A stretch of 64,000 nucleotides of DNA from an uncultured Terracidiphilus sp. Lineage in GTDB: Bacteria > Acidobacteriota > Terriglobia > Terriglobales > Acidobacteriaceae. The position numbers and the translations under genes are program-made. Shown here one piece after another: positions 1-8,345 of this stretch. The first letter of the stretch is position 1; each line of letters begins with the position of its first letter. Location of the stretch: assembly GCA_964595345.1 (NCBI GenBank), contig CAZQPY010000008.1:20496-84495 (forward strand), written 5' to 3'. The notes beneath the pieces were generated by a model that made no database searches, was not told the origin of the DNA, and saw only the letters and a list, made by a program, of their open reading frames with translations.

Positions 1-1
1 G

Positions 2-505
2 CTCCTCCACACCCAGGCAATTCTCGATGCCGAGCGGCCCTGGATTCTGATCTCCGTGGAGCCCTCCCCGCAGGGCCAAAACACTTTCAAGATCATCGCC
101 ACTAACCGCGGCCGCTCACCTGCCGAAATCATCGCTTCTGCGGACCGTATTGGAATCGCCGCCGAAGAGCGCAACCTTCCTAAATCACCGGAATTCACCA
201 AGGAGAAGCCCCTGAACGCGCCGGTGGTCCTGCTTCCCGGCGAATCGACCGTTGTACAGCCCTTCAGTCGCGACGACGTGAAATGGGTCTGCAAGACCGA
301 GGATGCAATCCGGCGCGTCGAAACCTGGCAGGACAACATCTTCCTCTATGGCCGCCTCGTCTACCGCAGCCTCCTCTCGCCCCGAGCTGGCAAAGTTCAC
401 CAGACGGATTGGTGCTGTCGCTATGTTCACGGAGAAAAGACGAGCAGCCTGACCATCGGCGGCCCGGAGGAGTACAACAAGCACCTCAACCGCGATTCGG
501 CCTGA
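2..505 (+). CDS. hypothetical protein, 5' end outside window
   Basis: Reading frame is open from base 2 to the stop at 503-505. Track ORF 56..505 is its tail. No family motif recognised. Confidence 0.4.
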   Translation, partial: LLHTQAILDAERPWILISVEPSPQGQNTFKIIATNRGRSPAEIIASADRIGIAAEERNLPKSPEFTKEKPLNAPVVLLPGESTVVQPFSRDDVKWVCKTEDAIRRVETWQDNIFLYGRLVYRSLLSPRAGKVHQTDWCCRYVHGEKTSSLTIGGPEEYNKHLNRDSA

Positions 506-673
506 TCGCTCGCGCTTGCCTCGCCCTTCTTGTCCGCCACCCGTCACGATGAGTTGGGAGCTTCGGACGATATAATTGCTCTGCCCTGCAGGCATTGGAT
601 TCGACGGATATCCAGCGATCGGTGTTCTCAGTTCCGCAATGTGCACATCATTTCTTTTCAATACCAGGTAAAC

Positions 674-1738
674 ATGGAATCGATTCTCGTACTTGCGCAT
701 ACAGCCTTGAGCAACGACAGTTCCGCGGACAGCGGTTCGATTCTCACCAAGGCTTCCTTGGAAGCTGTCACCACCGGTACGCTACTGGCTGCACAGCTTG
801 CGGCAACCCTGACCATCGGCGTCTTTGGCGCGGATGCGGAGGCGGCTGCCGCCACCCTCGGAGCCTCTGGCGCGCGCCTGCTTGCCGTCTCCGGTGAAGC
901 TTTCCAGCAGCCCCGTTTCGCAACCGATGCCGCGGCTGTTGAAGCTCTTTGCCGCGCGGCGCAAGCCAGCATCGTACTCGCCCCTTCCAGTTCGCGCATT
1001 GTGCGCGTCGCTGCTGCCGCCTCTCACCGGCTGGGCGGATTCATCGATACCCACATCACCGGGCTTGCAGGAACGACGGCCATTGAGGCCACCCGCTGGT
1101 TTTATCGTCAACGCGTTGAAGCCGTCATCAGCCGCGATGCTCGTCCCTGGTTCCTGCTACTCGACGCGGGCACGCAAAAGGCCTTCGCCGCCGAGCCCGG
1201 TTCCGCTCCGTCCGTCTCCGCTCAGGTGGAGCAGATCGCGGTCGATGCCCCTCCCACACGCACCACGGTCAGTGGTCTCCGCGCCCCCGCGCAAGGTGCT
1301 CAAACCATTCGCCCGGACGCCAAAATACTCTTTGTGGCCGGAGCCGGCTGGACCAAAAAACAACCCGATGGCCAGATTCACTCCAGCGAAGCCGGCGAGC
1401 TGATCCTAGGCTTCCTGCGCGCTGCCAGCGCATCCCTGGGCAGCAGCAAGTCGCTGGTCGATCAGGGTGGCGACGGTCTGCCCGTGCTCCCCTTCCTCAC
1501 CCACATGAACCAGATCGGCCAGACCGGGGCGACTCCCCGCCACCCCAAGGGACTCTCGACCTGCTGTCATGGCGAAGAGCCGCACGTTGTCGGCTGGCGC
1601 TTTATTGGCGACCGCCGAGCCATCAGCCTGGATCCCAACTGCGGCTGGACGCGTGGCAAGGCAGACGTCGTCTACGTCGCGGACGCATTTCAGGTTATGT
1701 CCAGGGTGAATGCCCTGCTGGATGCCGCCAAAGCATAA
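674..1738 (+). CDS. electron transfer flavoprotein alpha-subunit-like protein (divergent)
   Basis: ATG at 674 (MESILVLAH) inside track ORF 530..1738. The C-terminal half aligns by eye with the ETF-alpha/FixB FAD domain (ILFVAGAGW, MNQIGQTG, ADVVYVADAFQV), but the GISGAIQH-type segment is replaced by CCHGEEPH. Confidence 0.55.
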   Translation: MESILVLAHTALSNDSSADSGSILTKASLEAVTTGTLLAAQLAATLTIGVFGADAEAAAATLGASGARLLAVSGEAFQQPRFATDAAAVEALCRAAQASIVLAPSSSRIVRVAAAASHRLGGFIDTHITGLAGTTAIEATRWFYRQRVEAVISRDARPWFLLLDAGTQKAFAAEPGSAPSVSAQVEQIAVDAPPTRTTVSGLRAPAQGAQTIRPDAKILFVAGAGWTKKQPDGQIHSSEAGELILGFLRAASASLGSSKSLVDQGGDGLPVLPFLTHMNQIGQTGATPRHPKGLSTCCHGEEPHVVGWRFIGDRRAISLDPNCGWTRGKADVVYVADAFQVMSRVNALLDAAKA

Positions 1739-1821
1739 CGCCTCTGGCACTCGCCAAAAATCCGGCCTGCGGATCATCGTCCGCAGGACCTTTTCATCCG
1801 CGTTTCATCGCCGGCCTTCCC

Positions 1822-2973
1822 TCATGGAATCCGGTAGAGTGTCAGTTTGTCGGGGTCTCCGCTCAGAAACAAATGTCCATCCTGCGCAAACGCGGTCCAG
1901 GGCCGCTTGCCCGAACCGGGTTCCGTCGCCACAGTTGCCAGCGGCTCGAAGCTTGCCGCGTCGTATACGGTGATCAGCGCCCCGGCCTCATACGACGGGT
2001 CTGCCGTCGGATACTCCGAAGCCACCAGCGCAAATCGGCTGCCGTCGCGGGATACACCGGCAAACCACCCGTGCCCGCCCGCCAGCGCGATCTCTTTCAG
2101 TACCTTCCCCGCGGTATCCATGATGGTCGCCTTGCCGCAGCCGATGAAGAGGAGCTTGTCGTCCGCAAGAAACTCCGGACGGCCGCCGCACTTCCCGTGG
2201 TACAGCAGGTGCGGCCTGTTTCGGTCCAACAATACGACAAACGAAAAATCCTGCGGAAATTCGCCCGCCCAGCGCAGATCGTCGATCAGCAGCATGCTCT
2301 TGCTCACCGCCGCCGGTTCTGGGCCACGGATCAGGCCTCCGGACGCGGAAAGTGAATCCGCGTTGACAATCTCTGTTCCCTGTTCCGACCAATGTGCCAG
2401 CGTACTTCCGTCTGGCGAGATTGCCGAGATTCGGCCTTCCGTTTCTGCGAATCGATCGCCGGTTTCGCTCAGGTCCGGGTTGACCCGGATCAGGGACGAC
2501 CGCCCGTAGTCGATATGCCCGTCGTCGGTTGCAAACAGATACGGCAGACTCTGGCCTTCTACCTGCTTATCAACCTTTACCCGGCCCGTAGTCAGGTCCA
2601 GAGAAACCATCCGGTAGCTGACCACCGGGCGGCCTCCTCGCGAGATCTCCGGCTGCGACGGAAAGATCGCCACTACCCGGTCGCCGGCAATCACCGCACT
2701 GCGCTGGCTCGCAAAAACCGACCCCGTCTGCAGCGGGGTCCCTGCGCTCGCATCCAGTTGAACCGTCCATACGATTTGGGCAAGGGGAATCTTTGCTTCT
2801 GCCGGGCCGAGCTGCGTCTGTCCAGGCGGTGTCTGCCCTGGTGAGGTCGTCACATTCTGCGTCGCAGTCGGCTTGGGCGTCGCCGGTGGCTTTTGCGTTT
2901 GCGCGGCCGCTCCGGCCGCCTGCATCAGAATCGCCGCTGCCATTCCTATCGCGTTTCTTCCCAACCTACCCAT
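1822..2973 (-). CDS. exported hypothetical protein
   Basis: Track ORF 1822..3102. The likely start is MGRLGRNAIGMAAAILMQAAGAAAQ (ATG at 2973), which reads as a signal peptide; ATG at 3006 is an alternative. A Pro/Thr-rich linker is followed by beta-rich sequence. No family recognised. Confidence 0.55.
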   Translation of the reverse strand: MGRLGRNAIGMAAAILMQAAGAAAQTQKPPATPKPTATQNVTTSPGQTPPGQTQLGPAEAKIPLAQIVWTVQLDASAGTPLQTGSVFASQRSAVIAGDRVVAIFPSQPEISRGGRPVVSYRMVSLDLTTGRVKVDKQVEGQSLPYLFATDDGHIDYGRSSLIRVNPDLSETGDRFAETEGRISAISPDGSTLAHWSEQGTEIVNADSLSASGGLIRGPEPAAVSKSMLLIDDLRWAGEFPQDFSFVVLLDRNRPHLLYHGKCGGRPEFLADDKLLFIGCGKATIMDTAGKVLKEIALAGGHGWFAGVSRDGSRFALVASEYPTADPSYEAGALITVYDAASFEPLATVATEPGSGKRPWTAFAQDGHLFLSGDPDKLTLYRIP

Positions 2974-3141
2974 TTGCAGTCTTCGCTCCAGTCCTGACGC
3001 CCTCATCTTGCCCATGACCACTTTACCGTCTCCGGCCCGCTTCGCTCTTCCAAACTTCCTGGTTGGCGATTCCCTTCCCGCTCGCTGCGCGTCGAACCCC
3101 ATAGTCCCAAACCGGCGCGCCTCCGGTTAGTAAACTGTTGG

Positions 3142-4473
3142 TTGAGGTATTTCGTGCGCTCTTCCGCTCTTTCCGCCCTGATTCTTTTTGCTCTTTGCTC
3201 CGCTGCAGCCGCTTTTGCGCAGAGTTCGGCAGCCGCACCCGCCGCACGCGAAGTGCCCGCCGTACGCGAAGCGCCGGCCGTTTCCGAACAGGTCGCCAAC
3301 GCGGAGGCTCTGATCGTCAAGTCCGACTGGAAAGGCGCTGAAAGCCAGCTTGCCCCCTATCTGGGCGCGCACCCCGCCGACGCGCGCGCCCTCTTTGACG
3401 CCGGATACGTTGCCGATGCCCAGAATCATTCCGATGCGGCGGCTGATTTCTATCGCCGCGCCGTCGCCGCCGATCCCAACGCCTTTGAGCCGCAGCTTTC
3501 CTTGGGGCTGCTGCTGGCGCGTCAGGGGAAGGTGGAGGAGGCTCGGACCGAACTGACCAAAGCAACCACCCTCGACCCCGGCGATGCTGGCCCAGCCCTC
3601 AAAGCCCGCGCCTGGCGCGCTCTGGCCAAGATCGATCGCGATGCCGACCCGATAGCCGCGTCGGATGACTTAATCGAGGCCCTCAAGCTGACCCCGGAAA
3701 CCGAATCCGACACCCTGCTGGCCGCCAGCCTGGCCGAGGCAACCGGGCAGGTCGACAGCGCCGGGGCCGCTTATCGCCGCGTGCTCGCAAAAGATCCGGC
3801 CTCCGCCCAGGCCAACGCCGGACTGGCCCACATCCTCATCGCTCAAAAGCAGTATTCCGATGCTGAAACCCTCCTGCGTGCCGCGGTGAAGTCTGCGCCG
3901 GATGATCTGGCGCTTTCCGCCCAATTGGCCACCGTCCTCGCAGTCCAGGACAAGGCGGAGGCCCTTCCCTTGCTGCAAAAGCTGCACGACGCCCATCCCT
4001 CTGAAACAGCCATTTCCCGCATGTTGGCCCAGGTGCTGGCTGAGGCCGGTGACGCTGCCGGCGCCGACCACCTTTTCGCCCAGTTGCTCGCCGCCCATCC
4101 TGACGATTCCGAACTGTTGGCAGCGCACGGCAACAGCTTGACTCGCCAGCTCAAGTACGCCGAGGCATTTGCCGCCTTCGACAAAGCCACGCGTCTCGAT
4201 CCGGCCAATGCGGATGCCTGGAGCGGCTTGGCTTTCGCCGCCTCGCGCACCAACCAGCCCAACGTCACGCTGCACGCGCTCACCATGCGATCCAAGTACC
4301 TCCCGGAGGTGCCTGCCACCTATTTTCTTTGGGCAACTGCTTACGACACCCTCCACGACAAGGCCTCCGCCGCCACTTACTACCAGCATTTTTTGGATGC
4401 CGCAGCGGGAAAGTTCCCGGATCAGGAATGGCAGGCTCGCCAACGTCTCATTTTGATCAGTAAAAAGCCCTGA
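3142..4473 (+). CDS. tetratricopeptide-repeat protein, exported
   Basis: N-terminal signal-like LILFALCSAAAAFAQ. Many A/L/D-rich 34-aa TPR-like units (AxxxYRRAVAADPN, AYRRVLAKDP, FDKATRLDPANADAW). Start is TTG 3142 or GTG 3154. Confidence 0.8.
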   Translation: MRYFVRSSALSALILFALCSAAAAFAQSSAAAPAAREVPAVREAPAVSEQVANAEALIVKSDWKGAESQLAPYLGAHPADARALFDAGYVADAQNHSDAAADFYRRAVAADPNAFEPQLSLGLLLARQGKVEEARTELTKATTLDPGDAGPALKARAWRALAKIDRDADPIAASDDLIEALKLTPETESDTLLAASLAEATGQVDSAGAAYRRVLAKDPASAQANAGLAHILIAQKQYSDAETLLRAAVKSAPDDLALSAQLATVLAVQDKAEALPLLQKLHDAHPSETAISRMLAQVLAEAGDAAGADHLFAQLLAAHPDDSELLAAHGNSLTRQLKYAEAFAAFDKATRLDPANADAWSGLAFAASRTNQPNVTLHALTMRSKYLPEVPATYFLWATAYDTLHDKASAATYYQHFLDAAAGKFPDQEWQARQRLILISKKP

Positions 4474-4627
4474 TCTGGGCGATCATCCCGTCATCGGATG
4501 CGAATTCCTCCCGGAAAGAGGGTGCAAGGAGCCAACCGGGAAGATAAGTGCGTGAGGGGCTTGCGCTTTTTCTCAAAAGCTCCCATAATCACGACCTCAT
4601 CGTGTCCCTTCGAAGCGGAGGTTCCCC

Positions 4628-5086
4628 ATGCGATTTCGGACCATTTTGGCCGTGCTCGTCCTCCTCTCAGCGTCAACGGTGCTGGTGCGCGCTTCCGGCT
4701 TCGACGACAAGATCCCCGATCAGCAAAGCATCAACGCGCTCGAGGCCCGGCTCAGCCAGGCGCAGCCGCGCGAACTGTGCTTTCTCTACGCCGAGCTCGT
4801 ACACCAGATGACGGAGTTGAGCCTGCGCCAATATTCCGCCGGCGACGTGGAAAACGCCAACCGAATGCTTCTGAGGATCCAACATTTCGCAAACAAGATC
4901 CATCTCTCTGTCGCGGACGACAACAAGCGGCTCAAGAACACGGAAATCCTGCTGCGCCACACCGCATTCCGCCTCAGCGAAATGCTGCACAATAGCAGTT
5001 ATGAGGATCGGCCTCTCGTAGAGCAGACCCTGGCGCAGGTCAATCAGGCACAGACCGAAGCCATGATGCAGGTTTTCCGCAGGTAG
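4628..5086 (+). CDS. exported all-helical hypothetical protein
   Basis: Signal peptide MRFRTILAVLVLLSASTVLVRASG. The rest is helix-favouring. No family recognised. Confidence 0.55.
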   Translation: MRFRTILAVLVLLSASTVLVRASGFDDKIPDQQSINALEARLSQAQPRELCFLYAELVHQMTELSLRQYSAGDVENANRMLLRIQHFANKIHLSVADDNKRLKNTEILLRHTAFRLSEMLHNSSYEDRPLVEQTLAQVNQAQTEAMMQVFRR

Positions 5087-5088
5087 AC

Positions 5089-5649
5089 ATGCACGTCAAG
5101 ACCAATTGGATCGTTCTTGTCAGGTATTTTGTCGCGGCGCTTGTCGCTTGCCTTCTCTGCACTGGCCCGTCCCAGGCCCAAAGAGAGAAGCATGAGCCCC
5201 TGACCGCTGCCGAAATCGAAGAGATTCGCGATGCCGGCATCGTTCCTGAGCAGCGCGTCAATCTCTACACCAAATACCTCGGCGAACACGCCGACGCACT
5301 CAAGGCCCTCGCCGCACGCCGCAAATCTGCGGCGCGCGCAGACGCCCTTGACGAACAGATTCAGAACCTCACCGCATTGTTGGACGAGACTGGATCCAAC
5401 CTCGACGTCTACTCCGATCACCATGCCGACATCCGCAAGTCGCTCAAAAAGCTGACAGAAGCCATGCCGCACTTGCTGGAAATCCTCAAAGCGCTCCCCG
5501 TGGAGCACGCCTATGATCTCTCCCTGAAAGAGGCGCTCGAAAGCTACCAGGATCTCTCCACTCAGGCCGACCAGATGCTCAAGGAGCAAACCGAATACTT
5601 CAAGCTGCATAAGGACGAAAAGAATCAGGAGCGCGCCGAACCGAAGTAG
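5089..5649 (+). CDS. exported or lipoprotein-like helical hypothetical protein
   Basis: ATG lies 2 nt after the stop of the preceding ORF. Hydrophobic N-terminus with a possible lipobox (LVAC). Charged helical remainder. Confidence 0.55.
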   Translation: MHVKTNWIVLVRYFVAALVACLLCTGPSQAQREKHEPLTAAEIEEIRDAGIVPEQRVNLYTKYLGEHADALKALAARRKSAARADALDEQIQNLTALLDETGSNLDVYSDHHADIRKSLKKLTEAMPHLLEILKALPVEHAYDLSLKEALESYQDLSTQADQMLKEQTEYFKLHKDEKNQERAEPK

Positions 5650-5666
5650 CGCCTGCGCCTGCATTC

Positions 5667-6380
5667 GTGGCACGATATGCTAACTTCATCTTGGTGGCCT
5701 CGGAACTCATCCCAATTTTTGAGCAGGAATACCGCGCATTGCGACCAAGAGCGCCTATGCCGCTGATCGCCCTGCGTTTCCGCAGGTTCACGTCGCTGAA
5801 CACCACCATCCGACTGCGCGAGGGAGCGCTTCACGTCAGCCTTTCCGATCTGCTGGAAGGCGCGCCCGAGCCGGTCCTCCGGGCGATTGCCCACATTCTT
5901 CTCGCCAAGATTTACAAAAAGCCCATCGACGCCGCGCAAAACGCGCGCTACAAGCGCTTTGCCTCAAGCGCCGCAGTCACGAAACAGACGGAAATCATCC
6001 GCAGCGCCCGCGGCGCCAAGCGCTACTTCGGCCCCGAGGGCCGTTATTACCACCTGGATGAGGTCTTCGATTCGCTCAACGTCCGATTCTTCGGCGGCAT
6101 GCTCGGCCGCCCGGAACTCACCTGGAGCGAGCATGTCGCCCGGCGGGCGCTCGGACACTACGATGCCGCCCACAACACTATTGTGGTAAGCCGCATCTTC
6201 GACCGCCCTTCCAGCCCCCGCTATGCGATCGAGTACCTGCTCTACCACGAGATGCTGCACCTCAAGCACCCGGTCAAGATGAAGAACTTGCGCCGTTGCG
6301 TCCATCCCCGCGAATTCAAGGCCGAGGAGGCGCTCTTTCCCCAACTCGCCGAGGCCCTCGCGTTCCTCAAGCGCCTGTAG
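5667..6380 (+). CDS. HExxH zinc-metalloprotease-like protein (SprT/DUF45-like)
   Basis: C-terminal motif YLLYHEMLHLKHP followed by CVHPREFKAEE resembles SprT/YgjP-type HExxH domains. GTG start is uncertain. Confidence 0.6.
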   Translation: MARYANFILVASELIPIFEQEYRALRPRAPMPLIALRFRRFTSLNTTIRLREGALHVSLSDLLEGAPEPVLRAIAHILLAKIYKKPIDAAQNARYKRFASSAAVTKQTEIIRSARGAKRYFGPEGRYYHLDEVFDSLNVRFFGGMLGRPELTWSEHVARRALGHYDAAHNTIVVSRIFDRPSSPRYAIEYLLYHEMLHLKHPVKMKNLRRCVHPREFKAEEALFPQLAEALAFLKRL

Positions 6381-6457
6381 CGCAAATGGATTTCCGCGAG
6401 CGCTGATTGCAGGATGGTTGTTGTAGTCCTGTCTCTTGCTGACCTGCTGCCGGGGGT

Positions 6458-7237
6458 TTACGCCGCCTTCTCCATCGCCGCAGCCTCGTCTGGACCTTCC
6501 GACTTCCGAGTTGCCGCCCACACAATCAGCACGATGCCGGCAGCAACGGAACCCAGGCTGGCCAGTTGAGCGTTCGACAAGCCCCAAAGAATCTTCGGAT
6601 TGCGCCGCACAAACTCGACCAGGAAACGCGCCAGCCCGGTCAGCACCAGGTATTCGCCCAGGATCGCTCCAGCAGGCCGCCTTTTGCCGCCCCGCAGCCA
6701 CAGGAAGGTACCGATCAGCAGCCCCGCGCCCAGTTCGTACAGCGGGGTCGGATGCACGCGCGCCAAGGTCGGATCGATGCCGTTCGGGAAGCTCATGCCC
6801 CAAGGCAATCGCGTCGGAATCCCGTAGCAGCCGTCACCGGAGAGAAAGCAGCCAATCCGCCCGATCCCGTAACCGAAGGCCGCTGCCGGAGCAGCCAGGT
6901 CAAGCGTCTTCAGCCCACCGATCTTTGCGTACAAGCCCTGCAGCACCAGGGCTCCGATCCCGAATACCAGGCCGCCAAACCAGGCGAAGCCGTCGCGGTC
7001 CCACAATACGCTCCACCCGAACTCGCGGAACTCGATGGGCGTGTCGACCACATGCCAAAGCTTGGCGCCCACGATTCCGGCCACCACTGCAATCGCCACC
7101 ATGCCCACGGCGTCGGCCGAAATGCCCGCCCGGCGGAAGTTGCGATCCATGACGAAAGCACCGGCCACAGCAGCCAGCCAGAGCATTAATCCGAAGGTGG
7201 GCACATTGAGGTAGCCCAGGTGAATGAAAGGGTACAT
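6458..7237 (-). CDS. lgt: prolipoprotein diacylglyceryl transferase family protein
   Basis: Polytopic membrane protein with N-terminal YLNVPTFGLMLWLA, GRIGCFLSGDGCYG and HPTPLYE motifs typical of the Lgt family. Confidence 0.8.
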   Translation of the reverse strand: MYPFIHLGYLNVPTFGLMLWLAAVAGAFVMDRNFRRAGISADAVGMVAIAVVAGIVGAKLWHVVDTPIEFREFGWSVLWDRDGFAWFGGLVFGIGALVLQGLYAKIGGLKTLDLAAPAAAFGYGIGRIGCFLSGDGCYGIPTRLPWGMSFPNGIDPTLARVHPTPLYELGAGLLIGTFLWLRGGKRRPAGAILGEYLVLTGLARFLVEFVRRNPKILWGLSNAQLASLGSVAAGIVLIVWAATRKSEGPDEAAAMEKAA

Positions 7238-7332
7238 ATCGTCTCAAGTATAGACGTGGGATCCAGGTGTTCAGTTTTGCTTGGCCTCTGGCGCCAGTTC
7301 AATTGCACTTCAAGCTGCGGGACGATTATGTC

Positions 7333-7497
7333 TTGAAAGGGCGCGGCTTTAGCCGTGCCGAGGCAGGCAAAGGAGAATGATTAGGGCTTTAGCCCCCGAG
7401 GGATGGTCTTAGAACGCAGCAGCATCCTTCCATGAGGGGCTATGGCCCCGTCGATTTTGCGGACTCTTGCGGCACGGCTAAAGCCGTGCCCTTTCAA
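7333..7497. repeat. MITE-like element: 28-bp terminal inverted repeats (27/28 match) around a 109-bp core
   Basis: TTGAAAGGGCGCGGCTTTAGCCGTGCCG (7333-7360) versus the reverse complement of 7470-7497. Each arm holds its own GGC-TTTA/TAAA-GCC hairpin. A 16-nt direct repeat TTGCTTGGCCTCTGGC flanks the element at 7277-7292 and 7534-7549. Confidence 0.6.
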
Positions 7498-7618
7498 AGC
7501 CACTGAGGTCCATGATTGCAATTTCAAATGCGATTGCTTGGCCTCTGGCCCGCGAGCAGCGGGAAATTTACCGTGCCGCCCTTGCGGCCCGACCGGGTCT
7601 TCGGGCGATACTGTGTGT

Positions 7619-8164
7619 ATGGCGACCACCACTTACAAGGGCCTTGAGGTCCTTTACTCCCGTCAACAGATTGCTGACCGTGTAGCTGAAATGGGCGCGC
7701 AGATTACCCGCGACCTCAACGGCGAAAAGCTTGTCATGGTGGGCGTGCTGAAGGGCGCGGCGATGTTTCTTTCCGACCTGGCCCGCTCCGTGCAGGCCGA
7801 CGCAACCTTCGATTTTGTAGCTGTTTCCAGCTACGGAATGGGTACCCGCACCTCCGGCGCGGTCAAGCTCATCAAGGATCTGGACGAGCCCATCGAGGGC
7901 AAGAATGTCCTGGTGGTCGAAGATATACTCGACACCGGGCTCACGCTCTCCTACCTGCGCAAGCTGCTTCTGCAGCAACGGCCGAAATCGCTCCGGATTG
8001 CCACCCTGCTCGACAAGCCCTCGCGCCGCCTTGAAAAGATCGAGGCTGACTACGTCGGTTTCGCCATCCCGAATCTCTTTGTGATCGGCTACGGAATGGA
8101 CTACGCGGAGCGCTACCGTAACCTGCCCGACATCTGCCTCATGTCGCCCGATCACCCGGAGTAG
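7619..8164 (+). CDS. hpt: hypoxanthine phosphoribosyltransferase
   Basis: ATG 7619 (MATTTYKGLEVLYSRQQI). PRPP-binding motif VLVVEDILDTGLTLSYL. The track ORF start at 7442 runs through the repeat element and is rejected. Confidence 0.9.
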   Translation: MATTTYKGLEVLYSRQQIADRVAEMGAQITRDLNGEKLVMVGVLKGAAMFLSDLARSVQADATFDFVAVSSYGMGTRTSGAVKLIKDLDEPIEGKNVLVVEDILDTGLTLSYLRKLLLQQRPKSLRIATLLDKPSRRLEKIEADYVGFAIPNLFVIGYGMDYAERYRNLPDICLMSPDHPE

Positions 8165-8170
8165 GTCTTT

Positions 8171-8238
8171 TCAGGGGTAAGGGATCAGGGGTCAGGGATC
8201 AGGGGTCAGGGGTCAGGGATCAGGGATCAGGGATCAGG
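8171..8238 (+). repeat. tandem heptamer array TCAGGGR, about 9.7 copies (G-tract array)
   Basis: Read directly: TCAGGGG TAAGGGA TCAGGGG TCAGGGA TCAGGGG TCAGGGG TCAGGGA TCAGGGA TCAGGGA TCAGG. It begins 7 nt after the hpt stop. Confidence 0.9.
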
Positions 8239-8345
8239 TGGTGCTGTAACATCCGCTTTCTTAAGATTTTGAAACGGCCGGCCCATTTCGCCGGCCCATT
8301 TCAACAATGGCCCGGACGTTTCTGTCTCGGGACTTGTTCATCCGA

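Noticed and set aside
7442-7618. An N-terminal extension of hpt (track ORF starts at 7442).
   Set aside because: The extension runs through the inverted-repeat element and has junk composition. Conserved Hpt sequence begins at ATG 7619.
8171-8238. Tandem arrays (here, 37895-37929 and 57917-57980) as possible CRISPR arrays.
   Set aside because: The period is only 7-8 nt with no spacers, and no cas genes are in the window. These are microsatellite-like arrays, not CRISPR.
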